A stretch of 16,164 bases of DNA from Gemmatimonadota bacterium (GCA_039589315.1 JBDHHQ010000132.1:1-16164); one strand, 5' to 3'. Counted from the first letter of the stretch, positions 1-8,521 are shown. A program made the numbers and translations. Notes: generated by a model not told the origin, from the sequence alone.

Positions 1-269
1 CGCACGCCGGGAGCTCCGCCCAGCGCGTCCACCTCGAGGCCCGAGTCGTCCGCCACGGTGGGCCGGCCGCTCCTCTCGAAGAAGTAGCGGGCCTTGGAGC
101 GGGCGTTCTCCTCGAACGTGTCGTACGGCTCCAGCTCCTCTTCGGCCGGATCGTACGGCACGCCGGCGGCCTCCAGGTCGATGACGGTCAGGTCCGGGAC
201 GGACCTCAGGATCGCACGGATCTCGCGCAGCTTGTGGGCGCTGCGGGTTGCAAGGACGAGCTCCGTCAC
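1..269 (-). CDS. rdgB: Non-canonical purine NTP (dITP/XTP) pyrophosphatase, RdgB/HAM1 family; 5' part only, runs off the window edge
   Basis: Not in the ORF track. Manual translation from GTG at 269 gives MTELVLATRSAHKLREIRAIL...EPYDTFEENARSKARYFF...PTVADDSGLEVDALGGAPGV, containing the HAM1 motifs ATxxxxKxxE, TFxENAxxKA and ADDSGLxVDALxGAPGV. It lies directly downstream of rph, a common pairing. Confidence 0.95.
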   Translation of the reverse strand, partial: MTELVLATRSAHKLREIRAILRSVPDLTVIDLEAAGVPYDPAEEELEPYDTFEENARSKARYFFERSGRPTVADDSGLEVDALGGAPGV

Positions 270-324
270 GAGGCGCGTCTACCGCGAGTCGAGACGAGGC
301 CGCCGACTCGGGTGCCCGACCCCA

Positions 325-1047
325 TCACCGGGCTTCGGCCAGGGCCTGCTCCTGGGCACGGACCAATTGGCCGATCCCCCGGAGGGCCAGGTCCAGGAGC
401 ACGTCCAGCTCGGCACGCTCGAAGGGGTGTCCCTCGGCGGTCCCCTGCACTTCGATGAACCGCCCCCGGCCGGTGCCCACCACGTTCATGTCCACCTGGG
501 CCGACGAGTCCTCCCGGTAGTCCAGGTCCAGGACCGGGACCCCGTCGACCAGGCCTACGCTGACCGCCGCCACCGGCTCGATCAGGGGATTCCTGGGCAG
601 AAGCCCTTCGCCCACCAGGCTCGAGAACGCCTGCGACAGGGCGACGTAGCTTCCGGTGATGGCGGCGGTCCGGGTGCCGCCGTCGGCCTGGAGCACGTCA
701 CAGTCGACCTGAACGGTCAGCGGCCCCATCGCGCGCATGTCCGTCACGGACCTGAGCGACCGGCCGATGAGGCGCTGGATCTCCTGGGTGCGCCCCCGGG
801 CGCCGGTCCGTTCCCGGGACGTACGCGTGTGCGTCGCCCGAGGCAGCATCCCGTACTCGGCCGTCACCCATCCGGCGCCGCTGGCCTCGCGCCAACGCGG
901 CACACCCTCCTCCACGCTCGCCGTGCAGAGCACCCGGGTGTCCCCGCACGAGATCAGGCACGATCCTTCGGCGTAGGGCGCGGCGTGGAGCTCGAGCTGG
1001 AGCGGCCGGAGCGTGTCGGCCGGACGAGAGCGGGATGGTGGGTTCAT
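325..1047 (-). CDS. rph: Ribonuclease PH (tRNA nucleotidyltransferase)
   Basis: 240 aa with RNase PH motifs [65 protein letters not shown] and [10 protein letters not shown]. The ATG overlaps the upstream gene's stop (ATGA). Confidence 0.97.
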   Translation of the reverse strand: MNPPSRSRPADTLRPLQLELHAAPYAEGSCLISCGDTRVLCTASVEEGVPRWREASGAGWVTAEYGMLPRATHTRTSRERTGARGRTQEIQRLIGRSLRSVTDMRAMGPLTVQVDCDVLQADGGTRTAAITGSYVALSQAFSSLVGEGLLPRNPLIEPVAAVSVGLVDGVPVLDLDYREDSSAQVDMNVVGTGRGRFIEVQGTAEGHPFERAELDVLLDLALRGIGQLVRAQEQALAEAR

Positions 1048-1532
1048 GCCTTGTTCCGCAGTTGCTGGAGGAGCGATGTGGTCGAGTAACCCGGGACGAA
1101 CGGAATGGTGAGCACCTCTCCGCCGGCCGCCCGCACCTCGTCCCCGCCCACGATCTCATGGATCTCGTAGTCCCCGCCCTTCACCAGGATGTCCGGCAGC
1201 AGGTCGCTGATGAGGCCGTGGGGCGTGTCCTCGTCGAAGAGCGTGACGGCGTCCACGCTGGCCAGGGCCGCCAGCACTACGGCCCGGTCTCCCTGAGCCA
1301 CCAGGGGGCGCGAGGGTCCCTTGAGGCGCTGTACGGAAGCATCGGTGTTCACGCCCACCACGAGCGCGTCGCCCAGCCGGCGGGCGGTGTCCAGGTAGCT
1401 CACGTGGCCCGGATGGAGCACGTCGAAGCACCCGTTCGTGAACACCAGCCGAAAGCTCCGGGGACGCCCGAAGCGGTGGAGCAGCGCGGCCCGGTCCAGC
1501 ACCTTGGCGTCCGGTGGGAGGGGCGTGGTCAT
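1044..1532 (-). CDS. rfaE2: D-glycero-beta-D-manno-heptose 1-phosphate adenylyltransferase (stand-alone RfaE domain II / HldC type)
   Basis: 162 aa with [18 protein letters not shown] (HxGH nucleotidyltransferase motif), [35 protein letters not shown] and GYSTT. Confidence 0.93.
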   Translation of the reverse strand: MTTPLPPDAKVLDRAALLHRFGRPRSFRLVFTNGCFDVLHPGHVSYLDTARRLGDALVVGVNTDASVQRLKGPSRPLVAQGDRAVVLAALASVDAVTLFDEDTPHGLISDLLPDILVKGGDYEIHEIVGGDEVRAAGGEVLTIPFVPGYSTTSLLQQLRNKA

Positions 1533-1623
1533 GGGGACTGCGCGGGCCCGTTCGCGGTCGGGTCGGGCCGCCGGGCGCCAGGGGCGTCGCGAGGGGCCGG
1601 TCGGTCGTGGGGCGGCGTCACGG

Positions 1624-2565
1624 TCACGACGATGCGTCGGCGTGGGCCGCGGCCTCGAGGCTCTGCTCCAGGATCTCCCGGGCGCCCTGCTCGTTCAGGC
1701 GCTGCGCCACCCGCTCTCCCAACCCCTCGGGTTCGGACAGATCACCGGTGAGGTCGGCCCGCACCATGTGCCGCCCGTCGGGGCTCGCCACCATGGCCCA
1801 GCCCCGGATCCCGCCCCCATAGGGCAAACCGATGGCGCCCACCAAGGACGACGCCTCCGCGCCCAGGGCGGCGACCACGCTCCTCTCGAACGCCACGGCC
1901 GCTCGGGTGTCGCCGTCGTCGAGCGCGGTGATCACGTCGAGCGTCTGCTGATCGGCCGCCCGCGTGACGACGCCGACGGCCCCCTGTCCCGGCGAGGGGA
2001 TCCACGCCGTCTCGTCGAGAGCGTGGGCGGCCCGTGCGGACAGGCCGAGAAGGCGGAGGTCCGCGCCGGAGACCACGGTGGCCTCGGCGTGGCCCTCGTC
2101 CACCCGCCGCAGGCGCTCGTCCAGGCCGTCCTCCCAGTCGCGGACGTCGCAGTCGGGCCGGAACGCGAGGGCCAGGGCCCGCGTGCGGGGTGAGGCGACG
2201 CCCAGGACCGATCCTCGCGGTAGCCCGTCCAGTGAGGCGGACCGGTCGCCCGTCATCACCAGGAGGTCACCGACGCTGGTGCGGGGCAGAACGGCCGCGA
2301 GCATGAGCCCGCTGTCGAGCTCCGCCGGCACCTGCTCCATGCCGACCACTGCCGCGTCCACCTCTCCCTGCGCGAGGGCGTGCCGGATCGGGGTCGCGCA
2401 GGCGCCATTGGCCGCGGGACCGGAATTGCCCCCCAGCGTTCCCGCCTCAGCCAGCAGCCAGACCTCGACCGGACCGATGCCCGCGGCCTCGAGCGCGGAC
2501 CTCACCAGGCGGCTCCTCGCCACCGAGCGAGGTGTTCCGGCGCAGCCGAGGGTCAGCTTGGTCAT
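1624..2565 (-). CDS. Porphobilinogen deaminase (HemC)-fold protein lacking the catalytic residues; probable pseudoenzyme
   Basis: 313 aa from the ATG at 2565, i.e. the C-terminal half of the 648-aa track ORF. Colinear with HemC along its length: GEVDAAV, PRxxxx[36 protein letters not shown], [18 protein letters not shown]. The HSxKD and GGCxxP motifs are absent. The start is inferred from homology and the RBS is weak. Confidence 0.85.
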   Translation of the reverse strand: MTKLTLGCAGTPRSVARSRLVRSALEAAGIGPVEVWLLAEAGTLGGNSGPAANGACATPIRHALAQGEVDAAVVGMEQVPAELDSGLMLAAVLPRTSVGDLLVMTGDRSASLDGLPRGSVLGVASPRTRALALAFRPDCDVRDWEDGLDERLRRVDEGHAEATVVSGADLRLLGLSARAAHALDETAWIPSPGQGAVGVVTRAADQQTLDVITALDDGDTRAAVAFERSVVAALGAEASSLVGAIGLPYGGGIRGWAMVASPDGRHMVRADLTGDLSEPEGLGERVAQRLNEQGAREILEQSLEAAAHADASS

Positions 2566-2652
2566 CCGAAGGGCAGCCTGGAGATGGAGGGGTGACCCGG
2601 CGGTGCGCGAGTCGTACCGATCCGTGGTCAGGACGGGCTCATGGGGCGCCGG

Positions 2653-2681
2653 AAGATATTGGCGGCGTGAGCAACCCTCAA
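2653..2681 (-). promoter_or_regulatory. Candidate sigma70-type promoter for the hemC-like/rfaE2/rph/rdgB run
   Basis: The minus strand reads TTGAGG (2681-2676), a 17-nt spacer, then TATCTT (2658-2653), in a locally AT-richer intergenic patch. Confidence 0.4.
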
Positions 2682-2703
2682 GGTATCCTGAATCCGCGCC
2701 CAC

Positions 2704-2733
2704 TTGATAACCCGTGGCAGAGGAGGGCAATAT
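2704..2733 (+). promoter_or_regulatory. Candidate sigma70-type promoter for the mrp operon
   Basis: TTGATA (2704-2709), an 18-nt spacer, then CAATAT (2728-2733). The -10 match is weak. Confidence 0.25.
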
Positions 2734-2808
2734 GTGCGGCGCTTTTCCGTGCAGACCGGACCCGCCCCCCCGTCGATCCACACCGAGACCGAGGAGTCGG
2801 CACCAGCG

Positions 2809-3294
2809 GTGATAGGATACCTGAGGCTCGGGCTCGCGCTGGCTGTGGCGTGGGTCCTGCTGTCCAACCACTTCCAGCCCCTGCTCCTCTCGCTGGGCGC
2901 CGTGTCCGTGGTGGTGGTCGTCTGGGTGGCCTACCGCATGCGCCTCGTGGACGACGAGGGCAACCTCACCGCCCAGGTCGATGGCCTCAAGCTGATGCTG
3001 TACTGGCCGTGGCTCGTCTTCGAGATCGTCAAAGCGAACTTCCACGTGGCGGCCAGGATCGTCGCGCCGAGGGTCCGCATCGCACCGCGGCTCGTCACCG
3101 TCCCCGCGCCGCAGCGCACCGCCCTGGGCAAGGTGATCTACGCCAACTCCATCACGCTCACGCCCGGGACCGTCTCCGTGATCGTGGACGAGGCCGAAGA
3201 GACGATCCTGGTCCACGCCCTCACCGAGGCCAGCGCCCGGGACCTCCAGACCGGCGCCATGAGCCGGCAGGTCCAGTCCACCGAGAAGGGCTGA
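2809..3294 (+). CDS. mrpE: Mrp/Mnh Na+/H+ antiporter subunit E
   Basis: Probable GTG start at 2809 with GAGGAG at 2791-2796; 161 aa. Motifs WVLLS, YWPWLVFEIVKANFHVA, YANSITLTPGTVSV and ILVHALT are typical of MrpE. Confidence 0.92.
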   Translation: MIGYLRLGLALAVAWVLLSNHFQPLLLSLGAVSVVVVVWVAYRMRLVDDEGNLTAQVDGLKLMLYWPWLVFEIVKANFHVAARIVAPRVRIAPRLVTVPAPQRTALGKVIYANSITLTPGTVSVIVDEAEETILVHALTEASARDLQTGAMSRQVQSTEKG

Positions 3295-3297
3295 CCC

Positions 3298-3567
3298 ATG
3301 TTCGCCATGACGGTGACCGCGGTGCTCGTGACCATGGCTCTGGCCCTGGCCCGGGCGTGGCGCGGGCCTACCGTCTATGACCGCATCCTGGCGGTGAACT
3401 CGTTCGGCACCGCCACCGTGCTCTTCATCGCCGTCTACGGCTTCCTCACAGGCCGGCCCGACTTCCTGGACCTGGCCCTGCTCTACGCCCTGATCAACTT
3501 CATCGGGACCTTCGCCATCGTCCGGTACTTCCTGTACGGCAACTACGCTGATTCCGAGGAGACCTGA
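3298..3567 (+). CDS. mrpF: Mrp/Mnh antiporter subunit F
   Basis: 89 aa with 3 TM segments; motifs GPTVYDRILAVN and LDLALLYALINFIGT. Confidence 0.93.
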   Translation: MFAMTVTAVLVTMALALARAWRGPTVYDRILAVNSFGTATVLFIAVYGFLTGRPDFLDLALLYALINFIGTFAIVRYFLYGNYADSEET

Positions 3568-3572
3568 CAACC

Positions 3573-3893
3573 ATGGCGATGATCCTCGACGTCTCGAGCT
3601 GGGCGCTGCTGGCCGTGGGGTCGCTGTTCTGCGTGATCGGCGGCGTGGGCCTGATCCGTATGCCCGAGTTCTACTCCCGCGTGCACGCCTCGGGGCTCAC
3701 GGACACCATGGGCGCGGGCTGCGTGCTCCTCGGGCTGGCGCTGCAAGCGGGGTTCAGCAACGTGACCGTCAAGCTGATCATCATCCTCGGCTTCCTGCTG
3801 ATCACGAGCCCGACGGCCGCCCACGCTCTGGTGAACGGGGCCTATACCCACGGACTGCCTCCCCAGATCCAGAACGAGGAGGGCGAGTCGTGA
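3573..3893 (+). CDS. mrpG: Mrp/Mnh antiporter subunit G
   Basis: 106 aa; motifs GLIRMPEFYSRVHA, DTMG and ITSPTAAHAL. Confidence 0.93.
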   Translation: MAMILDVSSWALLAVGSLFCVIGGVGLIRMPEFYSRVHASGLTDTMGAGCVLLGLALQAGFSNVTVKLIIILGFLLITSPTAAHALVNGAYTHGLPPQIQNEEGES

Positions 3894-4612
3894 CCACCCT
3901 GGTCACCGTCCTCCTCCTGGCCATGCTCGCCGGGACGGCCATCACCATCGCGCGGGTACGGGGCGTCTTCGTGGCCGTGATGCTCACCGGGATCTACTCG
4001 CTGCTGAGCGCGAGCTGGATGCTCGTGCTGGACGCGCCGGACGTGGCCTTCACGGAGGCGGCGGTGGGGGCCGGCGTGGCCACCGTGCTGATGCTGAGCG
4101 CCCTGGCGCTCACCACGAACCAGGAGCGCCGGCCGGACCGTCCCACGATCCTGCCCCTCGTGGTCGTGGTGCTCACCGGCTCCGTCCTGGTCTATGGCAC
4201 GCTGGACTTGCCCAGTATCGGGGACCCCCTGGCGCCGGCCCAGCAGCACGTGGTGCCCCGCTACCTCCACGAGTCCCCTCACGAGATCCAGATCCCCAAC
4301 GTGGTCACCTCCGTGCTGGCCAGCTACCGCGGATACGACACGCTGGGCGAGACCACCGTGATCTTCACCGCCGGGCTCGGCGTGATCATGATCCTGGGCG
4401 GCGCGCAGCAGGTGCTCAGCTGGCAGCGGAGCCGTCGGCGCGAGGACGAGGAGGGGGCCATCGAGTTGGACGACTACACGGCGGCGCCCCTCCCCGAGCC
4501 CCGGGACCCGATACGGCCCGAGCACGGCTGGGACGCTCGGGGCGAGGCCGCCGCGTCCGGAGGAGAGGGCGCCGGAGACGATGAGGGTGCCGCGCCCGAG
4601 GAGGACGCATGA
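3890..4612 (+). CDS. DUF4040 plus MbhE-like protein (stand-alone equivalent of the MrpA C-terminal region) with an acidic C-terminal tail
   Basis: 240 aa; APDVAFTEAAVG (DUF4040/MbhD-like) followed by PNVVTSVLASYRGYDTLGE (the MrpA C-terminal/MbhE-type NxVxxIxxxxRxxDTxxE motif). GTGA overlap with mrpG. Confidence 0.88.
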   Translation: MTTLVTVLLLAMLAGTAITIARVRGVFVAVMLTGIYSLLSASWMLVLDAPDVAFTEAAVGAGVATVLMLSALALTTNQERRPDRPTILPLVVVVLTGSVLVYGTLDLPSIGDPLAPAQQHVVPRYLHESPHEIQIPNVVTSVLASYRGYDTLGETTVIFTAGLGVIMILGGAQQVLSWQRSRRREDEEGAIELDDYTAAPLPEPRDPIRPEHGWDARGEAAASGGEGAGDDEGAAPEEDA

Positions 4613-5031
4613 ACCACCTCATCGTCCCCCGGGTCATGGCCAAGATCATGATCCCGTTCATTCTGCTGTATGCCTTCTACGTGCAGTTCCACGGGGACTA
4701 CTCGCCCGGAGGCGGCTTCCAGGCCGGCGTCATCTTCGCGGCGGCGGTCATCCTCTATACACTGATCTTCCGCGTCGCGGAGGCGGAGCGCGCCGTGCGG
4801 CCGAGTGCGGTGCGGGTGATCGGGGCCCTGGGGCTCTTGCTCTACGCCGGCGTGGGCGTGGTCACCCTGTTCAAGGGAGGGGCGTACCTCGAGTACGGCG
4901 TCCTGAAGCACGATCCCGTGCATGGCCAGCACCTGGGCATCCTGCTGGTGGAGCTCGGGGTCGGCGTCTGCGTGGCCGCCATCATGATCTCCATCTTCTA
5001 CGCCTTCGTGGATTTCCTGCGCGCCCAATGA
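4609..5031 (+). CDS. mrpB: Mrp/Mnh antiporter subunit B
   Basis: 140 aa; HGDYSPGGGFQAG (MrpB PGGGF motif) and ELGVG. ATGA overlap with the previous gene. Confidence 0.93.
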   Translation: MNHLIVPRVMAKIMIPFILLYAFYVQFHGDYSPGGGFQAGVIFAAAVILYTLIFRVAEAERAVRPSAVRVIGALGLLLYAGVGVVTLFKGGAYLEYGVLKHDPVHGQHLGILLVELGVGVCVAAIMISIFYAFVDFLRAQ

Positions 5032-5420
5032 GCGTCTCCGAGCTGGCACTTCGCTTCCCCGTCCTCGCGGTGATCCTGGGGCACTACAACTACTGGATCG
5101 TCATCGTGTTGATGATGACGGGGTTCTACGTCGTCATCTCCCGGGACAACCTCATCAAGAAGATCATCGGGCTGAACATCTTCCAGACCTCGGTCTTCCT
5201 CTTCTACATCTCGCTGGGCAAGGTGGACGGGGGCACGGCGCCGATCCTCGCAGACGGCTTCGAGGTCTACGCGAACCCGCTGACGAGCGTGCTCATCCTG
5301 ACGGCCATCGTCGTGGGCATCGCCACCACGGCCGTGGGCCTCTCGCTGGTCGTGCGGATCCACGAGGCGTACGGAACCCTCGAGGCGGACGACATCGATC
5401 AGCTGGACGCAGAGCCGTGA
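5028..5420 (+). CDS. mrpC: Mrp/Mnh antiporter subunit C (NuoK-like)
   Basis: The ATG at 5028 overlaps the mrpB stop (ATGA). Motifs NLIKKIIGLNI, APIL, NPLTSVLILTAIVVG and YGTLE. A slightly later GTG start is possible. Confidence 0.92.
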   Translation: MSVSELALRFPVLAVILGHYNYWIVIVLMMTGFYVVISRDNLIKKIIGLNIFQTSVFLFYISLGKVDGGTAPILADGFEVYANPLTSVLILTAIVVGIATTAVGLSLVVRIHEAYGTLEADDIDQLDAEP

Positions 5421-6898
5421 TCGAGCAGAACCTGCCGATCCTCCAGATCATCGTGCCGTTGATCGCGGCGCCGCTCTGCCTGCTGCTCCCTCGCCGTCAG
5501 ATCGTCACCGCGTTCGCAGTGGCGGTCACCTGGCTCACGTTCTTCATCTCCCTGTGGCTCCTGCAAATGGTGCTCCAGGGCGACGCCATCTCGTACGAGC
5601 TCGGCGGGTGGGCGCCGCCGTGGGGCATCGAGTATCGGGTGGATCTGCTCAACGCGTTCGTGCTGGTGCTGGTCTCGGGCATCGGAGCCTTCGTCATGAC
5701 GTACGCGCCACCGAGCCTGTCGGTGGAGATCAGGTACGGGGCGTACCGCATGTTCATGGCGATGTACCTGCTGTGCCTGGCGGGGCTCCTGGGCATCGCC
5801 ATCACGGGCGACCTCTTCAACGTCTTCGTCTTTCTCGAGATCTCGGCGCTGTCCTCGTACGTGCTGATCAGCATGGGCAAGGACCGCCGCGCGCTGCCCG
5901 CCGCCTATCGCTACCTGATCATGGGCACGCTGGGGGCCACGTTCATCCTCATCGGCATCGGCCTGCTGTACGCCATGACGGGCACGCTGAACATGGCGGA
6001 CATGCACGAACGGCTCCCGGCGGTGACCGGCACCCGAGCCGTGGTCGCCGCGTTCGGATTCCTGACCGTGGGGATCAGCCTCAAGATCGCCCTGTTCCCG
6101 CTGCACCTGTGGCTGCCCAACGCCTACGCCTACGCACCCTCGGTCGTCACGGCGTTCCTCGCCGCCACCGCCACCAAGGTGTCGGTCTACGTCCTGATCC
6201 GGGTGTTCTTCTCGGTCTTCGGCGTCGAGTTCTCGTTCCAGGCCGAGCCGCTCTCGATGGTGTTGATGTTCCTGGCCCTGATCGGCGTGGTGAGCGCGTC
6301 ACTGGTGGCCGTCTTCCAGGACGACGTCAAACGGCTGCTCGCGTACTCGTCGGTCGCCCAGATCGGGTACATGGTCCTGGGGGTCAGCATGGCCACCGTG
6401 ACCGGCCTCACGGGGGGAATCGTCCACCTGTTCAACCACGGGCTCATGAAGGGCGCCCTGTTCATGGCCATGGGGGCCATCTTCCTGCGGGTCGGCTCGG
6501 TCCACATCTCCGACATGAGGGGGCTGGGACGGGAGATGCCCATCACGATGGCCACCTTCGTGATCGGCGGGCTGGGCCTCGTCGGCGTGCCCCTCACCGT
6601 GGGCTTCATCTCCAAGTGGTACCTGGTGCTGGGCGCCCTGGAGCTGGGCCTGTGGTGGATCGCCGTGATCATCCTGGTCAGCTCGCTCATCGCCCTGGTC
6701 TACGTCTGGCGGGTGGTGGAGGTAGCCTACTTCGAGGAGCGGCCCGAGGGGCGTGCGCCGTTGCAGGAGGCGCCGGCCGCCATGCTGATTCCCATGATGG
6801 TGCTGGCCGGCGCCACGATCGTCTTCGGCGTCACCACGGACTTCACGGCCGGCGTGGCGGCGGCCGCGGCTCGCGCACTGATGGGGGTCGGTCCGTGA
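5417..6898 (+). CDS. mrpD: Mrp antiporter subunit D (NuoM/N-like), copy 1
   Basis: 493 aa; GGWAPPWGIE, GDLFNVFVFLEI (TM5 Glu), LKIALFPLHLWLPNAY (TM7 Lys), TATKV (TM8 Lys), KRLLAYSSVAQIGY and GFISKW (TM12 Lys). Confidence 0.93.
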   Translation: MIEQNLPILQIIVPLIAAPLCLLLPRRQIVTAFAVAVTWLTFFISLWLLQMVLQGDAISYELGGWAPPWGIEYRVDLLNAFVLVLVSGIGAFVMTYAPPSLSVEIRYGAYRMFMAMYLLCLAGLLGIAITGDLFNVFVFLEISALSSYVLISMGKDRRALPAAYRYLIMGTLGATFILIGIGLLYAMTGTLNMADMHERLPAVTGTRAVVAAFGFLTVGISLKIALFPLHLWLPNAYAYAPSVVTAFLAATATKVSVYVLIRVFFSVFGVEFSFQAEPLSMVLMFLALIGVVSASLVAVFQDDVKRLLAYSSVAQIGYMVLGVSMATVTGLTGGIVHLFNHGLMKGALFMAMGAIFLRVGSVHISDMRGLGREMPITMATFVIGGLGLVGVPLTVGFISKWYLVLGALELGLWWIAVIILVSSLIALVYVWRVVEVAYFEERPEGRAPLQEAPAAMLIPMMVLAGATIVFGVTTDFTAGVAAAAARALMGVGP

Positions 6899-8442
6899 CC
6901 GGCGAGATGGCCATCGCCCTGGCCCTGGTGCTGCCCCTCTTGTGCGCCCTGGTGGTGGGTCGGCTGGACGCATCGCCCAACGTCCGGGAGGCCGCGAGCC
7001 TGATCACCGGAGGGCTCCTGTTCGGCACGGTGCTCGAGCTCCTGCCCCTGGTACAGGGAGGCGGCCGGCCAAGGCTGGACGTGCTGGAGGTGCTCCCCGG
7101 GCTGTCGCTCGCCTTCGAGGTGGAGCCCCTGGGGATGCTGTTCGCCATGGTGGCGTCGGGCCTGTGGATCGTCACCACCGCATATGCCATCGGCTACATG
7201 CGGGGCCACCACGAGGCCAACCAGACCCGCTTCTTCACGTACTTCGCCGTGGCCATCTCGGCGACCATGGCCGTGGCGTTCGCGGCCAATCTCTTCACCC
7301 TGTTCGCGGCGTACGAGCTCCTGACGCTGTCCACCTATCCGCTGGTCACGCACCACCAGACCGACGGGGCCCGGAGGGCGGGCCGAGTGTACCTGGGGAT
7401 CCTCCTCAGCACGTCGGTGGGCCTCCTGCTCCTGGCCGTGATCTGGACGTACTTCGCCGCCGGAACGCTGGAGTTCCAGCCCGGAGGGATCCTCGCCGGG
7501 AGGGTGGAGGGGTGGCAGGTGGGGTTGCTGTTGGCGCTGTACGCCTTCGGCACGGGCAAGGCGGCCCTCATGCCGTTCCACCGCTGGCTGCCGGCCGCCA
7601 TGGTGGCGCCCACTCCGGTGAGCGCCCTGCTCCACGCGGTGGCGGTGGTGAAGGCGGGCGTGTTCACGGTCACCAAGGTCGTGGTCTACGTCTTCGGCAT
7701 CGAGCTGCTGTCCTCGTCGGGCACGAGCATCTGGCTCATGTACGTGGCGGCCTTCACCATCCTGGCGGCGTCCGTCGTGGCCATCATGAAGGACAACCTG
7801 AAGGCCCGGCTCGCCTACTCGACCATCAGCCAGCTGTCGTACATCGTCCTGGGGGCCGCGCTGGCCAACGCGTCGGGGATCCTGGGCAGCGGCATGCACA
7901 TCGCCATGCACGCCTTCGGCAAGATCACCCTGTTCTTCTGTGCCGGCGCCATCATGGTGGCGGCCCACAAGACCAAAGTGAGCGAGCTCGACGGCATCGG
8001 CCGGACCATGCCCGTGACCATGACGGCTTTCTTCATCGGTTCGCTCAGCATCATCGGGCTGCCGCCCTTCGGGGGCGCTTGGAGCAAGTGGTTCCTGGGG
8101 CTGGGTGCGGTGGACGCTCATCAGACCGTCTTCCTTCTGGTCCTGATGGCCAGCTCGCTCCTGAGCGTGGCGTACCTCATGCCCATCGTGGGACGGGCGT
8201 TCTTCCTGGAGCCGGCGGAGGCGGCAGCGGGCCATGCGCACGCTGGCGCGAACCCGGGCCACGGTCAGAGGTCGGAGACCGACCCGACCGGGGCCACCGA
8301 TCACGGTCACGATGGCTCCGGGATCCATGAGGCCCCCATGTGGATGGTGGTGCCGCTGTGCATCACGGCCGTGGGCACGTTGGTGCTCTTCTTCATGGCG
8401 GACGCGATCTACGCGCTGCTCGCCCCCCTCGTGGTGCCGTAG
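6895..8442 (+). CDS. Antiporter-like subunit of the MrpA/NuoL type (core membrane domain only, about 515 aa)
   Basis: The GTG at 6895 overlaps the previous stop (GTGA); this is the C-terminal part of the 962-aa track ORF. YELLT, GKAALMPFHRWLPAAMVAPTPVSALLHA (NuoL/MrpA signature with TM8 His), LKARLAYSTISQLSY and GAWSKW. Confidence 0.9.
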   Translation: MTGEMAIALALVLPLLCALVVGRLDASPNVREAASLITGGLLFGTVLELLPLVQGGGRPRLDVLEVLPGLSLAFEVEPLGMLFAMVASGLWIVTTAYAIGYMRGHHEANQTRFFTYFAVAISATMAVAFAANLFTLFAAYELLTLSTYPLVTHHQTDGARRAGRVYLGILLSTSVGLLLLAVIWTYFAAGTLEFQPGGILAGRVEGWQVGLLLALYAFGTGKAALMPFHRWLPAAMVAPTPVSALLHAVAVVKAGVFTVTKVVVYVFGIELLSSSGTSIWLMYVAAFTILAASVVAIMKDNLKARLAYSTISQLSYIVLGAALANASGILGSGMHIAMHAFGKITLFFCAGAIMVAAHKTKVSELDGIGRTMPVTMTAFFIGSLSIIGLPPFGGAWSKWFLGLGAVDAHQTVFLLVLMASSLLSVAYLMPIVGRAFFLEPAEAAAGHAHAGANPGHGQRSETDPTGATDHGHDGSGIHEAPMWMVVPLCITAVGTLVLFFMADAIYALLAPLVVP

Positions 8443-8521
8443 AGGCGGCCATGAGGAATCGGGCGCGATGGACCGTTGAGGGACCGGGGCGAGCGGCCAC
8501 CGTGAGAGACGGGGGTCGCCC

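Noticed and set aside
285..310. Inverted repeat CGAGTCG...CGACTCG between rph and rdgB
   Set aside because: A single short GC hairpin with no U-tract and no other copies in the window; it cannot be called a terminator or REP element.
1533..1623. Very GC-rich spacer with GGTCG repeats between the hemC-like gene and rfaE2
   Set aside because: The repeats are short and irregular, the nearby GTG codons are out of frame with rfaE2, and there is no supportable RNA structure or array.
2628..2642. Four-codon upstream ORF (MSPS) on the minus strand just after the candidate hemC-like promoter
   Set aside because: Too short, with no regulatory codon pattern or attenuator; likely chance.
2736..2811. 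Possible Na+/Li+ riboswitch or SD-sequestering structure in the mrp leader (CCGA-GGAG-TCGG, CACC-AGC-GGTG)
   Set aside because: Only 4-bp stems, common at this GC content, and I cannot match a known riboswitch consensus by eye. An Rfam/Infernal scan would settle it.
2566..3570. N-terminal 335 aa of the 648-aa minus-strand ORF, suggesting a HemC fusion
   Set aside because: It is antisense to the clearly real mrpE/mrpF genes. HemC similarity starts only at Met 2565; the rest is a stop-poor shadow frame.
5554..6894. N-terminal extension of the 962-aa ORF, suggesting a giant MrpA or a frameshift
   Set aside because: It is an alternative frame over mrpD with R/G/H-rich nonsense composition. The GTGA overlap at 6895 gives a natural start.
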